NCBI GenBank assembly: GCA_017302815.1
Contig: JAFLCQ010000001.1
Span: 17,652 to 81,651 of the forward strand
DNA from: Planctomycetota bacterium
Lineage (GTDB): Bacteria > Planctomycetota > UBA11346
DNA length: 64,000 nucleotides
Direction: 5' to 3'
In this document: piece after piece, positions 37,362-46,826 of the stretch
Numbering within the stretch: the stretch's first letter is position 1
Layout of the letters: each line of letters starts with the position of its first letter
The notes under the pieces: model-generated
Told to the model about the DNA's origin: nothing
Seen by the model: only the letters and a program-made list of their open reading frames with translations
Database searches by the model: none
Program-made: the position numbers and the translations under genes

Positions 37362-40300
37362 ATGTCCGGAACTACGCGTGCGTTCGCCTTCGGCGCCATC
37401 GCCTTCCTCATGCTCGTGGTCGCGTCCGCCGGAGCGGCCGTGCCCAGGGATCACGCGATCGCCATCACCGCCACCGTCCAGGTTGACCCCCCCAGGATCA
37501 CCCTGGCCTGGCCGACGATCGCCGGAGCCGGGAGCATCATCCTGTTCCGCAAGGCGCCTGACTCCAGCAGCTGGGGCCCGTTGCTTGCCAACCTGCCCGG
37601 GTCCGCGACCAGCTACGTCGATGCAGGTGTGGTTGTCGGGCAGCGCTATGAGTACCATATCGCCGCCACCCAGAACGGAGTCAACGCGGTAGGCTTCGTC
37701 CTCGCCGGTATCGAGATCCCGCTGGTCGAGGATCGCGGTCGGGTGCTGTTGGTCGTCGACCAGACCCTGCAATCCGCGCTCGCATCCGAGATCAGCCGAC
37801 TACGGAGGGATCTGGTCGGTGACGGCTGGAGCGTCGACACCGTGCCGGTGAGGCGCCAGTCGACCACCGCTACGGCGGGCACGGCGCTGGAGGTGGCCGC
37901 GGTGAAGCAGGCGGTGGATGCTGCCCATCAGGCTGCCGGACGACCTTTGCGCGCGGTCCTGCTCCTGGGCAGGGTACCCGTCCCATATGCCGGCCTGACC
38001 GCTCCCGATGGCCACACCAACCATCTCGGAGCCTGGCCAGCCGACGTCTACTATGGCGCCGCCGGCCAGGAGTGGACCGACCATGCCGTCGACGCTGCCG
38101 GCTCGTCATCGCGACAGAGCAATCGTCCTGGCGACGGGCGTCTCGATCCGACCTGGCTTGAGACGGATTCCATCGCCGTGGCGGTCGGTCGGGTGGACTT
38201 CTCCGCCATGCCCGCCTTCACCGGGCTGACCGAGACAGATCTCCTTCGCCGCTATCTCGACAAGAACCACGCTTTTCGCCATCGCGCGAGGAGCTATGCC
38301 CGCCGCTGCGTCATCGACGACAATTTCGGCGAGCCGGAGCCGGAGGCCAGGAGCGGATGGCTACTCGCATCAGTGGTCGGGTCGGGGCATGTCGTCGCCG
38401 GCGACATCATGGGGGATGCGACGTACTCGCTGTGGAGCTATGGCAGCGGCGGCGGAACCAACACGTCAGCGTCCGGTGTCGGTACGACGGCGAATTATGT
38501 CGCGAACAGCCCGCGCGCCGTGTTCACCATGCTTTTCGGCAGCTGGTTCGGAGATTATGACCAGAGCAACAACCTGATGCGCGCGTCGCTGGCCAGTCCG
38601 GGATCAGCATTGACCTGCGTCTGGGGCGGCAGACCGCAATGGCTTTTCCACCGCATGTCCCTCGGCGAGCCGATCGCGGACAGCATCGTCCTCAGCCAGG
38701 GGCGCCTGCCGTATTACCTCGGCCAATCGGCAGGCATCCATAGCAACCTGCTCGGCGATCCGACCCTGCGCATGTACATCCTCGCCCCACCCGGCGACCT
38801 GAGCGCAGAGGACGGCAATCTGGTTTGGACAGCGTCCGCGGACGCCGCGATAGACGGATTCGCCGGCTATCACGTCTACCGTGCCAACTCTGCAGACGGG
38901 CCATTCGAGAGGCTGACAGCCAGTCCGATCACGGCGACCTCCTGGACCGACCCCACGCCGCCATCGCGTGCGGCCTATCAGGTCAGGGCCGTGGCACTGA
39001 CCACGACTCCAGGTGGCACCTTCCTGAATTGCAGCCAGGGCGCGCATGCCGAGTTCGGCTTCGATGTGCCAGCGGCCACCATCTCCTTCCGCTACGGATC
39101 TGCGGCATTCAGCGAGGATGGCGGCAGCGCCACTGTGGTTGTCGAGCGCACAGGCTCGGTTGCCGCCGCCGCGAGCGTCGTCTATTCAACCATTTTCGGC
39201 AGTGCGACCGCTGCGGATTTCACCCACGTCGGCGGAGTCCTGTCCTGGGATGCCGCAGATGCCGGATCCCGGACCATCACGGTGCCGCTCAGCGCGGATA
39301 CCACGGACGAGCCGAATGAACGGTTCACGGTCGTGCTGTCGGATCCGATGGGTGGGTCGATTCCGGCGCCCGTCTCCACTGTCTGCATAGTCGACGACGA
39401 TGCTCTGCCGACCGTGTCGATCGCCTGCGATCAGACGTCGATCGACGAGGCGGGTGGATTCGCGACGTTCACCATATCGTTGTCCGCTGCATCCAGCCGT
39501 GATGTGTCGATCTCCGCTGCGTTCTGGCCGACGACCGGAGGTGCGATCAGGAACACGGATTATGCGAGCTCGTCGACCACGCTGATCATTCCGGCCGGAA
39601 CAGCATCGGTCAGCGTGATCGTCACGGCCATCCAGGACACCCTGGTCGAGAACGACGAGGAAATCCTATTGATCGTGACTTCGGCGACCAACGCTCGGTC
39701 GACCAGCCCCGACGCCTCGGTGCTGATCGTCGATGATGATCAACCCGTGGTTACGCTGTCGATTGCCGGCGCCGTCATGGCGGAGTCTGACGGCGTCTCC
39801 GTGGTCACCGCGACCCTATCGTCGGTCGCGGTGCGAGATGCCAGGATCGGGCTGGAATTCACTGGCAGCGCCGCGTTGTCGGAAGACTGGTCACGTAGCG
39901 GGGTGTCGGTCCTCATTCCTGCCGGATCGATCAGCGCCTCGATCACGCTTGCCGCCATCGATGATGTCGTCGACGAAGAGGACGAAACCATCATCGTCGA
40001 CATCGGTTCGACGCTGAATGCAGTCGAATCGTCCGTGCAGCGGGTGGTTGCGACGGTCAGCGATGACGACCCGCCGCCGATCCTCGCGATCGCTGATGCC
40101 GCGGTGGTGGAGGGGGATGACGGTTCGACGACATGCGTCTTTGCCGTGGCGGTCAGCGGAGCATCAGACCGTCCGGCGAGCTGCGATTGGGTGGCCACCG
40201 CGCTCAGTGCGACAGCCGGGGTCGACTTCATCGTGGCTGGAGGCACCCTGACCATCCCGGCCGGCGAGGCCGTGGGCGAGGTCGCGGTGGTTGTCTCCGG

Positions 40301-40727
40301 CGATCGTGAGGTCGAGGGAGATGAGACCTTCCAGGTCATCCTTTCGGCTCCGCATGGAGCGACTCTGGACGACGCCAGCGGCACCGGGACGATCATCGAC
40401 GATGACGTCTCCGGAGGCGGATCGTCATCAGGGGACGGAGGTGGCGGAGCCGGTGCTGGTGGCGGTGGCGGCTGCGGTGCTGGTGCGCTTGCGGGTCTGC
40501 TGCTCGTCCTGACGTCTTTGCTTCATCGTCGGGTCAGGCCAACAGGGGACGGGGGATCTCATCCTCGAATTGGACCGGGATCACGGTTGACGACGGATCG
40601 CCTCCATCCCGGACCCTGTCCAGGAGCCGCAGCGCCTGCCGGAGGATGCGACGGGCATCGAATCCGAGCCGGCGGCAAGGGATGGGAGGGGGTGTGGGGT
40701 CCGGGAGGTTGGCGTGGGCGACGATGA
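37362..40727 (+). CDS. Large surface protein: signal peptide, FN3-like modules, unassigned central domain, four Calx-beta domains, Gly-rich/hydrophobic/basic C-terminal anchor-like segment
   Basis: Four repeats of about 100 aa end in the Calx-beta pattern (DTTDEPNERFTVVLSDP, DTLVENDEEILLIV, DDVVDEEDETIIVDI, DREVEGDETFQVILSAP). The GGGGGCGAGALAGLLLVLTSLLHRR segment ends at nt 40532. The ORF then runs 64 more codons into the convergent regulator gene. Confidence 0.75.
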   Translation: MSGTTRAFAFGAIAFLMLVVASAGAAVPRDHAIAITATVQVDPPRITLAWPTIAGAGSIILFRKAPDSSSWGPLLANLPGSATSYVDAGVVVGQRYEYHIAATQNGVNAVGFVLAGIEIPLVEDRGRVLLVVDQTLQSALASEISRLRRDLVGDGWSVDTVPVRRQSTTATAGTALEVAAVKQAVDAAHQAAGRPLRAVLLLGRVPVPYAGLTAPDGHTNHLGAWPADVYYGAAGQEWTDHAVDAAGSSSRQSNRPGDGRLDPTWLETDSIAVAVGRVDFSAMPAFTGLTETDLLRRYLDKNHAFRHRARSYARRCVIDDNFGEPEPEARSGWLLASVVGSGHVVAGDIMGDATYSLWSYGSGGGTNTSASGVGTTANYVANSPRAVFTMLFGSWFGDYDQSNNLMRASLASPGSALTCVWGGRPQWLFHRMSLGEPIADSIVLSQGRLPYYLGQSAGIHSNLLGDPTLRMYILAPPGDLSAEDGNLVWTASADAAIDGFAGYHVYRANSADGPFERLTASPITATSWTDPTPPSRAAYQVRAVALTTTPGGTFLNCSQGAHAEFGFDVPAATISFRYGSAAFSEDGGSATVVVERTGSVAAAASVVYSTIFGSATAADFTHVGGVLSWDAADAGSRTITVPLSADTTDEPNERFTVVLSDPMGGSIPAPVSTVCIVDDDALPTVSIACDQTSIDEAGGFATFTISLSAASSRDVSISAAFWPTTGGAIRNTDYASSSTTLIIPAGTASVSVIVTAIQDTLVENDEEILLIVTSATNARSTSPDASVLIVDDDQPVVTLSIAGAVMAESDGVSVVTATLSSVAVRDARIGLEFTGSAALSEDWSRSGVSVLIPAGSISASITLAAIDDVVDEEDETIIVDIGSTLNAVESSVQRVVATVSDDDPPPILAIADAAVVEGDDGSTTCVFAVAVSGASDRPASCDWVATALSATAGVDFIVAGGTLTIPAGEAVGEVAVVVSGDREVEGDETFQVILSAPHGATLDDASGTGTIIDDDVSGGGSSSGDGGGGAGAGGGGGCGAGALAGLLLVLTSLLHRRVRPTGDGGSHPRIGPGSRLTTDRLHPGPCPGAAAPAGGCDGHRIRAGGKGWEGVWGPGGWRGRR

Positions 40728-41658
40728 CAGGAAGCTCGGCCTCCGTGATGCCGGCTTTGCGCAGCCCGGCTGCGACTTGCTGCAGATGGTTGTCGTCGCC
40801 GATGATCAGGCCGTCGGGGCGCACCTCGGATGGGGCGTCGAACAGGCTCAGGGCGATCTGGGAGGCGACCTCGCCCACGTTCCGCGATGCCGGCAACCCG
40901 AACCACCATCCTCGCCGTGTGGTCATGCCGGCCTTGGCGATCATCGGGGCGTAGCGGTCGTGAGCCCGACCGTCCACGGGATTCGATATGACTGCGAGAC
41001 GCTTGGCCCCGGCTGCGGCGAGGTGCTCGATGGCGCGCTCCATCAATTGCGGGTCGAGGACGATGTTGCTGCCGCCATTGATTTGGTCGGGGTCGCCGAT
41101 GAATGCCCATGGAAACCGGTGGGTGAATACGGTCGACGGCGAGAACGTGATCTGCCATGGAGTCACCGTGAACAGCACCCCGGCGAGCTGGTCGGTGGAA
41201 AGGTCATGGATGAGTCGCTGGTGGTCAGGTGTTGACACGTCCTGACGGACATCGGTGTAGATCGCGAACCGCTGCGGTATCCCCTTGGTCACCTGGGCCG
41301 CCTCCCTGGCCAGGCAGCTGCTGAGCCCCGTCCACTCGCTGTGATCCGGTTGGTAGGGGAAGACGAGGCCGTAGCGATATAGATGCGGAAGTAGTTCGAC
41401 GACGAAGGTTCCATGCCTGGCGCGGGATTCGACGAAACCCGCCTTGACCAGTTCGTCCAGCGCCCACTGCACGGTCGCAGAGCTCGCCTGGAATCGCTTT
41501 TCCAATTCGACCCGGGTCGGGATGCGGGTGCCTGGCTTCCAGGTTCCGTCACGGATCAGCGACCGCAGCTCATCCTCGATCTGCCGTCGCTTGCCGAGTG
41601 CGTATTTCGGTTCTCCGGAATGCGGATGTGGCGTGCCGGTGGTCATGCGAATAGCCAT
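40534..41658 (-). CDS. GntR-type wHTH transcriptional regulator fused to a LacI/PBP1-like sugar-binding domain
   Basis: N-terminal pattern IEDELRSLIRDGTWKPGTRIPTRVELEKRFQASSATVQWALDELVKAGFVESRARHGTFV, followed by a periplasmic-binding-protein-like effector domain of about 270 aa. Confidence 0.8.
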   Translation of the reverse strand: MAIRMTTGTPHPHSGEPKYALGKRRQIEDELRSLIRDGTWKPGTRIPTRVELEKRFQASSATVQWALDELVKAGFVESRARHGTFVVELLPHLYRYGLVFPYQPDHSEWTGLSSCLAREAAQVTKGIPQRFAIYTDVRQDVSTPDHQRLIHDLSTDQLAGVLFTVTPWQITFSPSTVFTHRFPWAFIGDPDQINGGSNIVLDPQLMERAIEHLAAAGAKRLAVISNPVDGRAHDRYAPMIAKAGMTTRRGWWFGLPASRNVGEVASQIALSLFDAPSEVRPDGLIIGDDNHLQQVAAGLRKAGITEAELPVIVAHANLPDPTPPPIPCRRLGFDARRILRQALRLLDRVRDGGDPSSTVIPVQFEDEIPRPLLA

Positions 41659-41872
41659 CGTGGACCGGTTTTGGGGAACGGAAACGGAGCGGTGGTCGGG
41701 TGGTCTCGGTCCTGATCATACGGACCCTATCGCATGGGATCGGTTTGGACTCATCGGACTCGCTGCTTTCGTGTCGTGGTGAAGCCTCGAACACGCCACA
41801 ACGGGACAAGGCCGGGAACGTGCGTTGAATAGCCATCGTTCCCTCCGCTATGCCATCCCATCCGAGGTCCCC

Positions 41873-43381
41873 ATGTCGCCAGTCGCCACAATCCTGCTGA
41901 CCGCCTCCTGCATCGGCGCTGCCGTGGCCGGCGAGTCGCCGACCTCCCGGTTGTGGGGTGCGGAGGGCGAAGGCTGGTCCGCCTCCTCACGGCTGCCGGG
42001 ATTCGCATGGTCCGGCTATCGATCGGGCCGGTTGCCGCTCCCGGAATATCCGGTGGTCACGGATGTGCGTCGGCATGGCGCCATCGGCGATGGGACGACC
42101 GACGACACCCAGGCATTCAAGGCGGCCATCGCATCGGTCGGCGAGCTTGGTGCGGTACTCGTCCCGGCTGGTCGCTACATGATCACGGATGTGTTGACCA
42201 TCGATCGCAGTCGGGTCGTGCTGCGCGGAGAGGGTTCTGACAGAACCACCCTCGTGATGCCCAAGCCACTATCGGCCATCAGGCCGCTGGGCAACGTCGA
42301 TGGCACCAAGTCCGCATACTCATTCACGGGCGGATTCGTGGTGCTCACAGGTGGCGAGCGCGGTCGCAAGGTCGCTGATGTCATCGCTCCGGCGCTGCGT
42401 GGTGCAAGGACCCTGGATGTCGGGCCTGATGCCGCGGTGAAGCCTGGCGATTGGGTCAGGCTGGTGATGCAGGATCCTGAGGATCATTCGCTGCTGCGGC
42501 ATATCCATGGCGACCTCGTCGAGCCTGGCGAGGACACCCTGAGGCACAAGAAGCCGGTCAACTGGGCTGCCCAGATCGTGGAAGTCGAGGGCGGGCGCAT
42601 CCGGCTCGATCGTCCCCTTCGGGTCGATGTCCGCATGGAATGGTTGCCGGTGTTGCATGCCCACGCGCCGGTCACTGAGGACAGCGGCGTCGAGGGGCTG
42701 CATTTCGAGTTCCCTGGCGTGCCGAAGCTGCCGCATCTGCTGGAGGAGGGGTACAACGCCATTCATCTCAATGGCGTTTCGAACTGCTGGGTCAAGGATG
42801 TCCTCGTCACCGACGCCGACAACGGCGTGATCGTCGGAGGCAGCCGGTTCTGCACCATCGAGGCCGTGACAGCGCGGGCCAACCGTCGGACCACGGAGTT
42901 CACCGGGCATCATTTCCTGTGGGCAACGGTCTCCCAGGACTGCCTATTCACCGGTTTCAAAGTCGATACGGTGTATGTCCACGATCTCACGGTCGAGGGA
43001 TTCGCCTCTGGCAATGTCTTCACCCGGGGTTCCGGTGTCTCGATCAACTGCGATCATCATCGCAACGGTCCATATGAGAATCTGTTCACGGACATCGACG
43101 TCGGTGACGCCTCCAGGTTGTATCGTAGCAGCGGCAGCGCAAATCGTGGACCGCATAGTGGAGCCCGCACGACGTTCTGGGGATTGCGTGGCAGGGGGGC
43201 GTTCCAGGCGCTTCCGGTCACGGATCACTTCCCGCTGCTGAACGTGGTTGGATTCGGCGGCTACGCCGATCAGACCGAATCGGCCAACGGGCCATGGGTC
43301 GAGGGCGGCTCCGCCGGCGTGCGGCCGGTGAACCTGTGGATTGCCCAGGTGCGCAAACTCGGACAGAGCGAGGTTCGCTGA
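41873..43381 (+). CDS. Pectate-lyase-superfamily (right-handed beta-helix) secreted protein
   Basis: Signal peptide from ATG 41873 (GAGG RBS). VTDVRRHGAIGDGTTDDTQAFKAAIASVGELGAVLVPAGRYMI is the hallmark N-terminus of the Pectate_lyase_3 / GH28-GH55-related fold. Confidence 0.75.
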   Translation: MSPVATILLTASCIGAAVAGESPTSRLWGAEGEGWSASSRLPGFAWSGYRSGRLPLPEYPVVTDVRRHGAIGDGTTDDTQAFKAAIASVGELGAVLVPAGRYMITDVLTIDRSRVVLRGEGSDRTTLVMPKPLSAIRPLGNVDGTKSAYSFTGGFVVLTGGERGRKVADVIAPALRGARTLDVGPDAAVKPGDWVRLVMQDPEDHSLLRHIHGDLVEPGEDTLRHKKPVNWAAQIVEVEGGRIRLDRPLRVDVRMEWLPVLHAHAPVTEDSGVEGLHFEFPGVPKLPHLLEEGYNAIHLNGVSNCWVKDVLVTDADNGVIVGGSRFCTIEAVTARANRRTTEFTGHHFLWATVSQDCLFTGFKVDTVYVHDLTVEGFASGNVFTRGSGVSINCDHHRNGPYENLFTDIDVGDASRLYRSSGSANRGPHSGARTTFWGLRGRGAFQALPVTDHFPLLNVVGFGGYADQTESANGPWVEGGSAGVRPVNLWIAQVRKLGQSEVR

Positions 43382-43565
43382 TCATTGGCCGCTGGCGGAC
43401 CGGGTCAGGACCGACCCACCGGGCGGGACTGCCGGAGCCGCGAGATCCGGCCGGCTTTGCTTCAGCGTGCATGAATAGCGTTCCGCTGGGCGTGTGGTGC
43501 GCGATGGAACACCCGCGTATCATGAAGGCATGACGATGCCTATGCGGAACGCGGCAGCAGTGGGC

Positions 43566-46500
43566 ATGGCAAGGAGATATGCTGACAGTACCATCCTGAC
43601 CATGGTGGTGCGCCCGTCCGTCGCGAACCCGATCACGGGCATCACCCTGTTCGAGGTGGCCGTGTCGGCCGCCATCCTGCTATTCGTTGCCGTTGTCGTC
43701 TTCCTGAGCGTGACCACATCCCTGCGCACCCAGCAGCAGGCCCGGCTGCAGATCGCCGCATCCAGCCGCATGATGCAGCTCAGCCAGGCCTGGGCCCATG
43801 CCGACAACCGCTTCGCCGACCTCTGCCTCGAACGCGCCGAGATGGCGGCTCTGGGCACCGAGGTCGAGCACGATCTCGAACGACGCCTGTTCCTCCAGGT
43901 CACGCCTCCGTACGGCGGCAAGGAAGGCCACTACGCCGGCTGGGGCAACGTCGGCGTCGTACCGCCGTCCATCGTGGCCAGGCTCGACAGCGAGAACGAC
44001 GAGATCCGCAGGGTGCTCGCCGACGGGGGACAGCTCTATTATTTCCGCCCGGGCAGCGGGATCGCTGGACGTCATGGTGGCGAGCATGAAGGCACAACCT
44101 CCGCGACTGGCGACAACCAGCTCGACAGCGAGACGCGCAAGCTGGTATTCGCGGTGCGGGGCAAGCCGCAGCAGAACGGGCTGCGCAACCATCCGGCCTT
44201 GGATTGGCCCACCCACGAGTCGTACCCGGGTCCCCCCCAGCCCCACCACCGTCGCACGTGGGCCTGGAACATCGACCATCTCAGCCCAACGCAGCTGTCA
44301 TCGACCGTCACCGGAGTCGGTCGCGTCAAGGTCCTGGCGGGCGGCAGCAGCTTCGCCCAGCCGCCCAAGGTTGTCATCGAGGCGCCGGTAAGTGGGCGCA
44401 GGGCCACGGCCCGTGCCATAGTAAACCTGGGTCGGCTCAGCGCCGTCGAAGTCACCGATCCGGGGTACGGCTATACCGTGGCACCGACCGTGACGCTCGT
44501 TCCGGTCGATGGCGGGATCGGGGCCTCCGTCGAGGCGGTCACGACGCCGCTGTCGATGGCCCTGGTCGACTACGGTGCGGCGGATGCCGACAGCGAGATC
44601 AGCCAACCGAAATGGACGATCAGGTACCCCGGGGTCACCTGGCGGTCATCGGACCGCCTTGATTGCGAAGCCGCATTCAATCAGCTCTATGATTACTGCT
44701 ATCACTTCCGGACTCCGGGCATCGATGCAACCCTGGACGACAGGACCTGGGTCGATGCGCCGCATACCAAACTGGTGATGCTGCCGCAGGATTCATCGCC
44801 TTTGACGGTGAATTACAAGAATACTCTGATGCTCCGAATCCCCCCCAAGGATCGCCTTGGCTACATTCATGGTAAAAGCAGCTCGTATGATGACTGGCGG
44901 GATCCGGTGAATCGCTTCGGGCATGCCGGATACTGGCTGACCCAGATCCAGAGGACTCCTGGCACGTGGACCAACTGGACCGGAACTGTAGCGAAACCGG
45001 GCTATGCGCCGTGGGTCGGAGCTTGTCCAAGCGTACCGTCCGAGCCGTTCTACCAGCGCATCGATCTCGCCATCCCCAACTACGACAATCCTGTGTCGGA
45101 GAATGCGTCCACCGGCTCCGGCGGCAGGCTACATCAACTCCTGTTTCTCGCGCAGCAGCTGGTGCGCTTGACGATGATCGAGGGACCGGCGGGGGCATCG
45201 CAGATGACCTATGAGGACGTGGTCGATCCGGTCGATCCCGTGCTTGGCGTCCGCTGGCCGCTCCCTCATCCTCCCCAAGCCATTCCCGTGCCGGTGGGAG
45301 GGTGGCAGGACAGCAATGAGCAGGTGTTTCCACCGCCATTCAAGATCCAAGCCCTGTCCTACCTCGCGTGGGCTGCTCATACCGCCACCCGGGTCGCCGC
45401 TCCCGCCAATCCGGTCGGCGATGCCAACTGGGACCAGGGTGGCGGCATCCGCAGCATTACCGTCCTCGTTCCCGGCTCTGGCTACTCCGACCCGCCGCGG
45501 GTTGTCCTGTCGGGCGGCCCTGGCCATGGCTGCGTTGCCGTGGCCCAGCTTGATCCAGGCACCAAAGGGATATCTGCCGTACGCATCCTGAATCAGGGGT
45601 ACGGCTATGATCCGGCGCAGCCGCCGACTGTTTCCTTCGTCGGAGCGGCCACCGCTCCGGCAACTGGCGAGGTGTCGGCGACCGACATCAAGGTGAAGTG
45701 GCCGGATCCAGGTTCGGCGGCAGCCGAGGTCGCCAGATTGCAGGCCTATGCGCTTGCGCTCAATGACCGCTGCCGGCGCTGGGTTGCGCGCTATGCCAGC
45801 GCCGATCCGTATGACTGGGGGGCCCCGCGACCTGCCAACCGGGCCACAGCCTGGGACTTCCCGCTGCTGCAATCCGACGTGCTGCCGAAGGGCTACCATC
45901 GCCCGGATCAGACCACGCGCGATCGTCTGCCGTATGTCGACGACACCACCGTGCGACCGAATAGCGGTGACGCCGATCTATCAGGGTTGCCCGCCCTGCT
46001 GAGCCTGTTTGATCGCAGCGTAGCCGGTGGCGGGACGCAGAGCATGATCGAGCGCTGGCGGATAGAGCGGGATCGTCCGGCTTGGCGCCGTGGCGTTCCC
46101 TACACCATAGGTGTTCCCAGCGGTGCTGCGGCCGAGGATGTCGACCGCACGTGGAAGATCATCGCGCCACGCCAGCCGGTGAACTGGGGGCCGTCCTGGG
46201 CGCTGGATGGCTGGAACCGAGATCGGCGCATCTCCCAGCACGTGCTGCCGCCGGGAAGTCCGGGTGAGATCGAGGACCAACGCCAGGCTGGCAGTATGAA
46301 GATCGGTGCCGACTGGGACAACACGGCTAACCTGCGCTACAGCTGGGGTGATCACAACCGGTTCAACCTGCTTGCGCCGTTCAATGCCGCCGAACGGGCC
46401 AGGGAGGTCGTGTTCTGGTCGGTCGACTGGCAGCAGTATGAGGATTTCGAGACCGCCTATGAGGCGGTCTTCGATGCCCGGAGCTACTCGTCGCATTCCG

Positions 46501-46826
46501 ACTCGCGCAGCCCGCGCTCTCAGCAATACGCTCCAGACATCGTTGAAACCCGGCTGCATGCGGTTGACAGCAGCTATGCGGCATCGTCCGTCGGTGAATT
46601 CGACAATGCGGGCTCGTTCTCCGAGGGCGCCACCACCAGAATCGGCGTTATCGACCGGAATGGGAACGGACGTGCTTTCCAAGAAGACTACACCAAGGAT
46701 GTGATGGAACAAAAGGGCTACAAACCCGACATTGGTCCGTTGCGGGTCACCACCCGCCTCAGTGCGACCCTGGTCGCTCGGTTCCTGTATTACGATGGTC
46801 GAGTCATCTCGGGCCTTCGCCAATGA
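43566..46826 (+). CDS. Giant prepilin-like protein (about 1090 aa) with class III signal G|ITLFE and two internal GxGY..PP.V repeats
   Basis: ANPITG-ITLFEVAVSAAILLFVAVVVFLSV fits the prepilin cleavage/methylation motif. Start candidates are 43494, 43566 and 43602 (all in frame). Repeats at nt 44316-44513 and 45444-45641. Its stop overlaps the next gene's start. Confidence 0.7.
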   Translation: MARRYADSTILTMVVRPSVANPITGITLFEVAVSAAILLFVAVVVFLSVTTSLRTQQQARLQIAASSRMMQLSQAWAHADNRFADLCLERAEMAALGTEVEHDLERRLFLQVTPPYGGKEGHYAGWGNVGVVPPSIVARLDSENDEIRRVLADGGQLYYFRPGSGIAGRHGGEHEGTTSATGDNQLDSETRKLVFAVRGKPQQNGLRNHPALDWPTHESYPGPPQPHHRRTWAWNIDHLSPTQLSSTVTGVGRVKVLAGGSSFAQPPKVVIEAPVSGRRATARAIVNLGRLSAVEVTDPGYGYTVAPTVTLVPVDGGIGASVEAVTTPLSMALVDYGAADADSEISQPKWTIRYPGVTWRSSDRLDCEAAFNQLYDYCYHFRTPGIDATLDDRTWVDAPHTKLVMLPQDSSPLTVNYKNTLMLRIPPKDRLGYIHGKSSSYDDWRDPVNRFGHAGYWLTQIQRTPGTWTNWTGTVAKPGYAPWVGACPSVPSEPFYQRIDLAIPNYDNPVSENASTGSGGRLHQLLFLAQQLVRLTMIEGPAGASQMTYEDVVDPVDPVLGVRWPLPHPPQAIPVPVGGWQDSNEQVFPPPFKIQALSYLAWAAHTATRVAAPANPVGDANWDQGGGIRSITVLVPGSGYSDPPRVVLSGGPGHGCVAVAQLDPGTKGISAVRILNQGYGYDPAQPPTVSFVGAATAPATGEVSATDIKVKWPDPGSAAAEVARLQAYALALNDRCRRWVARYASADPYDWGAPRPANRATAWDFPLLQSDVLPKGYHRPDQTTRDRLPYVDDTTVRPNSGDADLSGLPALLSLFDRSVAGGGTQSMIERWRIERDRPAWRRGVPYTIGVPSGAAAEDVDRTWKIIAPRQPVNWGPSWALDGWNRDRRISQHVLPPGSPGEIEDQRQAGSMKIGADWDNTANLRYSWGDHNRFNLLAPFNAAERAREVVFWSVDWQQYEDFETAYEAVFDARSYSSHSDSRSPRSQQYAPDIVETRLHAVDSSYAASSVGEFDNAGSFSEGATTRIGVIDRNGNGRAFQEDYTKDVMEQKGYKPDIGPLRVTTRLSATLVARFLYYDGRVISGLRQ

